Origin: Lama guanicoe
Taxonomy: Eukaryota
Direction: 5' to 3'
Assembly (NCBI GenBank): GCA_013239625.1
Contig: MU053557.1
Coordinates: 5,052,123-5,092,622 of the forward strand
DNA length: 40,500 bases
In this document: piece by piece, positions 37,095 to 40,500 of the stretch
Position numbering within the stretch: the first letter of the stretch is position 1
How the letters are laid out: every line of letters starts with the position of its first letter
The notes under the pieces: generated by a model
Seen by the model: only the letters and a program-made list of their open reading frames with translations
Told to the model about the DNA's origin: nothing
The model's database searches: none
Made by a program: the position numbers and the translations under genes

Positions 37095-38190
37095 CCGGGA
37101 CAAGCTACATAACTTGCAAGGTATGGTGCAAAATGAAATGCAGGGACCCTTATTCAAAAATCATTATGACAATGAGGTATCACCTCACACCAGTCAGAAT
37201 GGCCATCATCCAAAAGTCCACAAATGATAAATATTAGAGAGGGTATGAAGAAAATAGAACCCTCCTACCCCATTGGTGGAAATGTAGCTTGGTGTAGTCA
37301 TTGTGGAAATGTAGCTTGGTGTAGTCATTATGGAAAACAGTAAGGAGATTCTTCAAAAGAGTGAAAACAGACTTACCATATGATCCAGCAATCCTGCTCC
37401 TGGGCATATATCCAGAGGGAACCTTAATTCAAAAAGATACATGTACCTCAGTGTTCATAGCACTGTTTACAATAGCCAAGACATGAAAACACCCTAAATG
37501 TCCATCAACAGATGACTGAATAAAGAAGCTGTGATATATTTATACAATGGAATACTACTCAGCCATGAAATACTCAGCCAAAGAATAAAATAATGCCATT
37601 TCCAGCAACATAGAGATTGTCATTCTAAGTGAAGTAAGCCAGAAAGAGAAAGAAAAATACCATGATATCAGTTATATGTGGAACCTAAAAAAGAAAAAAG
37701 ACAAACTTATTTACAAAACAGAAACAGACTCACAGACTCACAGACATAGAAAACAAACTTATGGTTAGCACAGGAGGGAAGGGGATGGGAGGGGATAAAT
37801 AGGGAGTTGGAGATTTTCAGATACTAACTACTATATATAAAATAGATAAACAACAAGTTTCTACCGTATAGCACAGGGAACTATATTCAATATCTTGTAG
37901 TAATTTATGGTAAAAAAGAATATGAAAACGAATATATGTATGTTCATGTACAACTGAAGCATTATGCTGTAGACCAGAAATTGACACAACATTGTAAACT
38001 GAAAATACCTTAATAATAATAATAATAATAACAATAATAATAATAATTAATAAATAAATATATATACACACACACACACACACATAAAAATCATTATGAA
38101 TTTCAAGATGACAACAGCACAGCATTCAATCACACCCAGGGCCATTGTGACTTTCTGGGTGAAGCGGCACACCTAAGAAGTCAGCCTCAG
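37095..38190 (-). mobile_element. MER45A-like hAT MITE split by an L1 (pieces 37095-37169 and 38086-38190)
   Basis: gctacataacttgc..gtgcaaaatgaaatgcagggacccttattcaaaaatcattatgaatttcaagatgacaacagcacagcatt matches the recalled reverse MER45A consensus once the L1 is removed. Confidence 0.8.
37170..38085 (+). mobile_element. Camelid-type L1, 5'-truncated (ORF2 C-terminus plus 3'UTR), tail decayed to (AAT)n(TA)n(CA)n
   Basis: caatgaggtatcacctcacaccagtcagaatggccatcatc..catatgatccagcaatc..gtatagcacagggaactatattcaatatc; perfect 14-bp TSD aaaaatcattatga 37156-37169 / 38086-38099. Confidence 0.95.
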
Positions 38191-38599
38191 ATCCTCCCCT
38201 CCCTTTCCTAAAATAATCTGTGTCTTTGCCATCCCATGTTTATGCTTTTACTTCCTATCCACTATTGACCAGTGTTATGGAGTGTCATTTTGCCTGTTTT
38301 AAAATATTACAGAAGTGGTATAACACTGTATGCATCTTTAGGCTGCTTTTTTGTCTGACTTACTGATTTTGTGATTTATCTGGGTGGATTCCTGCAAGTG
38401 TTATTGATTTTCACCATTGTCTAATATTCCATTCTGTGATCTCACCACACAGTTAATTTTTCTAGTAACCTCTGTTTTTACCATAACTAACAATACTGGA
38501 GTGAACATCCCTGAACAGAGTTCTCTGTGCACATATATGAGCTTTTGTCTGCTGCCTGTAACTAGGTGTGGAACGGAACTGTTTTGTCTTACTAGATAT

Positions 38600-39090
38600 T
38601 GATTTTTTGCTTGGCATCAACGCGCTCCCCTTGTTTGTCTCCCCTTTCAGTCATCTGAAAATCCTTCCTTCTGAGTTGTCTCTCCTTTGAGACCCGTAAT
38701 CCACTGAAGCCAGAACCTGGGTGTCCTGACCCTTCCCTGTAATTCCCCCATTGCTTACCTATGACCAAAGCCTCCTGATTCCCACTCCAAAATATGGCTT
38801 TAGCCCACCCACTCTTCCAGCTCGCTCCTGCTACTTTCACTGTCTTGGCTCAGGATCCTACCTCTCCCCTGGGCTCATCTCCCAGTCCCATGCAGTCTTC
38901 AGCCCCCTAACTTCCTCCATTAAAGAATTTATTACACCTTAGCAAATTGCATGTTAACTAGTCTCTCCCCTGCATGTTGTGGAGATCAGAGCTGTGAGTT
39001 TACACAAGGGAAAAGGTTAAATTATGGTTACCATTTTGTAGGCCTGTAAATACAGTGCCTGGGACCCAGTAGGTTCAAAAATATTGAATT
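38600..39090 (+). mobile_element. L2 3' region (degraded)
   Basis: acagtgcctgggacccagtaggttcaaaaatattgaatt 3' end; pyrimidine-rich L2-like body. Confidence 0.55.
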
Positions 39091-39834
39091 AAATATATAT
39101 GTATATATTTATACACAAACACACATACATACATAAACATCATGCTGTAGAGATCCCGTCTTTTGAATCAGATCCTTAGGATAAATTTCCAGAGGGAGCA
39201 TTACTGATGACTTAGGATAATGCATGTAAAGTTCAAAGTCCTTTGTAAGTGAACTTGACCCATGCAAAACACTAGACCAGGTAGGATAGTTAGGATGATC
39301 CTTGATAAGGTCCCAAAGCCAGTAAGTTACAGAATGTAAAGAACAGTAGGTACTCATACAGTCTTGGCATCTGCTTGCTTCATTTGATAGGGATATTAAA
39401 TTTAGCTGTTGCCCTTTTATTCAGGTGTCTGTCTCTTTAAGTGTTGCTGTCCTGATATACATTTAATTATGTTATATATTATGTTTTATATACAGAGAAT
39501 AACCTGATAGAATTTACATCTCCGTGAAAAAAAAATGAACAAGAATTCACATCTCTGGGCTTTTGTTTCTCCATCTCTCAAATGGGCATATGGAAGGCCC
39601 ATTTATCTGTGGCACCTGTTTAGGATCATTCGCTCTGTGGGCAGATGAGGAAAAAGCACATGTTTTTATTCCTACCCTGCTTCATTATTCCCACGCTTTT
39701 TGTGCAGTCATTTACAAGGCTGAGGAGGGTGAATGGAAATTCGCCCTTGCAAAACTGAGAAACAGTGATAGCTGACTTCACAGCTGTTTAATGCCCCTCG
39801 CCTGCTGATCTGGGAGCCCTTTCATCATTTGCAG

Positions 39835-39870
39835 CGTATGAAGGAGAAAGTGATCTGCTAAGTGCACCCT
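39835..39870 (+). other. Candidate 36-nt micro-exon
   Basis: Branch-like gctgat ~26 nt upstream, ccctttcatcatttgcag| acceptor, CCT|gtaagt donor; length divisible by 3, frame YEGESDLLSAP open. Confidence 0.3.
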
Positions 39871-40271
39871 GTAAGTGTACTGGCAAGTTCATAAGTTGGC
39901 CCTACAGGAAGAAGAGGGCATTGGTTAACACTAAGACATGCCTTGCTTGTGATGGATTTTCAAGCACCAAAAGCCCCTGTCCCCAGTTCTGAGACCCTCA
40001 GCTCACATGACTAGATGATATTTTCCACAGGCTCAGCCCTGGGAAGTTTGTCCTGTGGGAGATACCTGAGCACTGTCCGCCCAATCTGGGGCCCTGGCTT
40101 CTAGTCCTGGCTCTGCCACTGAAGGGCTGTGCAACGTCAGCCACATGCTTCTATCTGTACAGCGAAGCTGGCGGATAACACTCCCTCCACTACCCCTCCA
40201 CAGCTCTGGGCGTCTATGCTTTAATGGAAGACGGAGCTGACCTCTTAAATTAACAGTACAAGGCAGGTGAC

Positions 40272-40500
40272 TTTTTTTTTTTACATTTTTATTGATTCAT
40301 AATCATTTTACAGTGTTGTGTCAAATTCCAGTGTTCAGTACAATTTTTCAGTCATACATGGACATATACACACTCATTGTCACATTTTTTTCTCTGTGAT
40401 TTATCATAACATTTTGTGTATATTTCCCTGTGCTATACAGTGTAATCTTGTTTATCTGTTCTACAATTTTGAAATCCCAGTCTATCCCTTCCCACCCTCT
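40272..40500 (-). mobile_element. Young camelid-type L1 3' end, continues beyond the window
   Basis: Poly(T), ttttattga..ttacagtgttgtgtcaaattccagtg..tttccctgtgctatacagtgtaatcttgtttatct; same subfamily as 1321-1550. Confidence 0.92.

Overview
This is mammalian non-coding DNA, most likely camelid (alpaca, llama or camel), judged from four copies of the camelid-type tRNA-derived SINE and camelid-type L1 3' ends. It is CpG-poor and dense in repeats: many MIR and L2 remnants, old L1M and young L1 fragments, MaLR LTRs, hAT DNA transposons (Charlie4a-like, MER45A-like, MER5-like) and microsatellites. I recognise no cellular protein-coding gene. The only ORFs with clear homology are LINE-1 ORF2 remnants, and the other six-frame ORFs look like noise or repeat translations. 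The window is therefore probably intergenic or intronic. I did not find a new multi-gene biological system. The most interesting signals are unusual retrotransposition and repair products readable from the sequence: (1) a tail-less 5'-half tRNA-Lys(CTT) retrocopy with a 16-bp target-site duplication (TSD); (2) a young internal L1 ORF2 fragment with no tail or TSD that truncates an older L1; (3) a ~30-bp micro-L1 with a 5' inversion; (4) an mRNA 3'-UTR retrocopy interrupted by an L1; (5) a perfect 19-bp inverted repeat next to a 16-bp palindrome and a G4 motif; and (6) several short + strand segments with good splice signals that could be exons of an unannotated transcript (low confidence). Repeat family names come from recalled consensus similarity, not a database search, and boundaries of old repeats are approximate.
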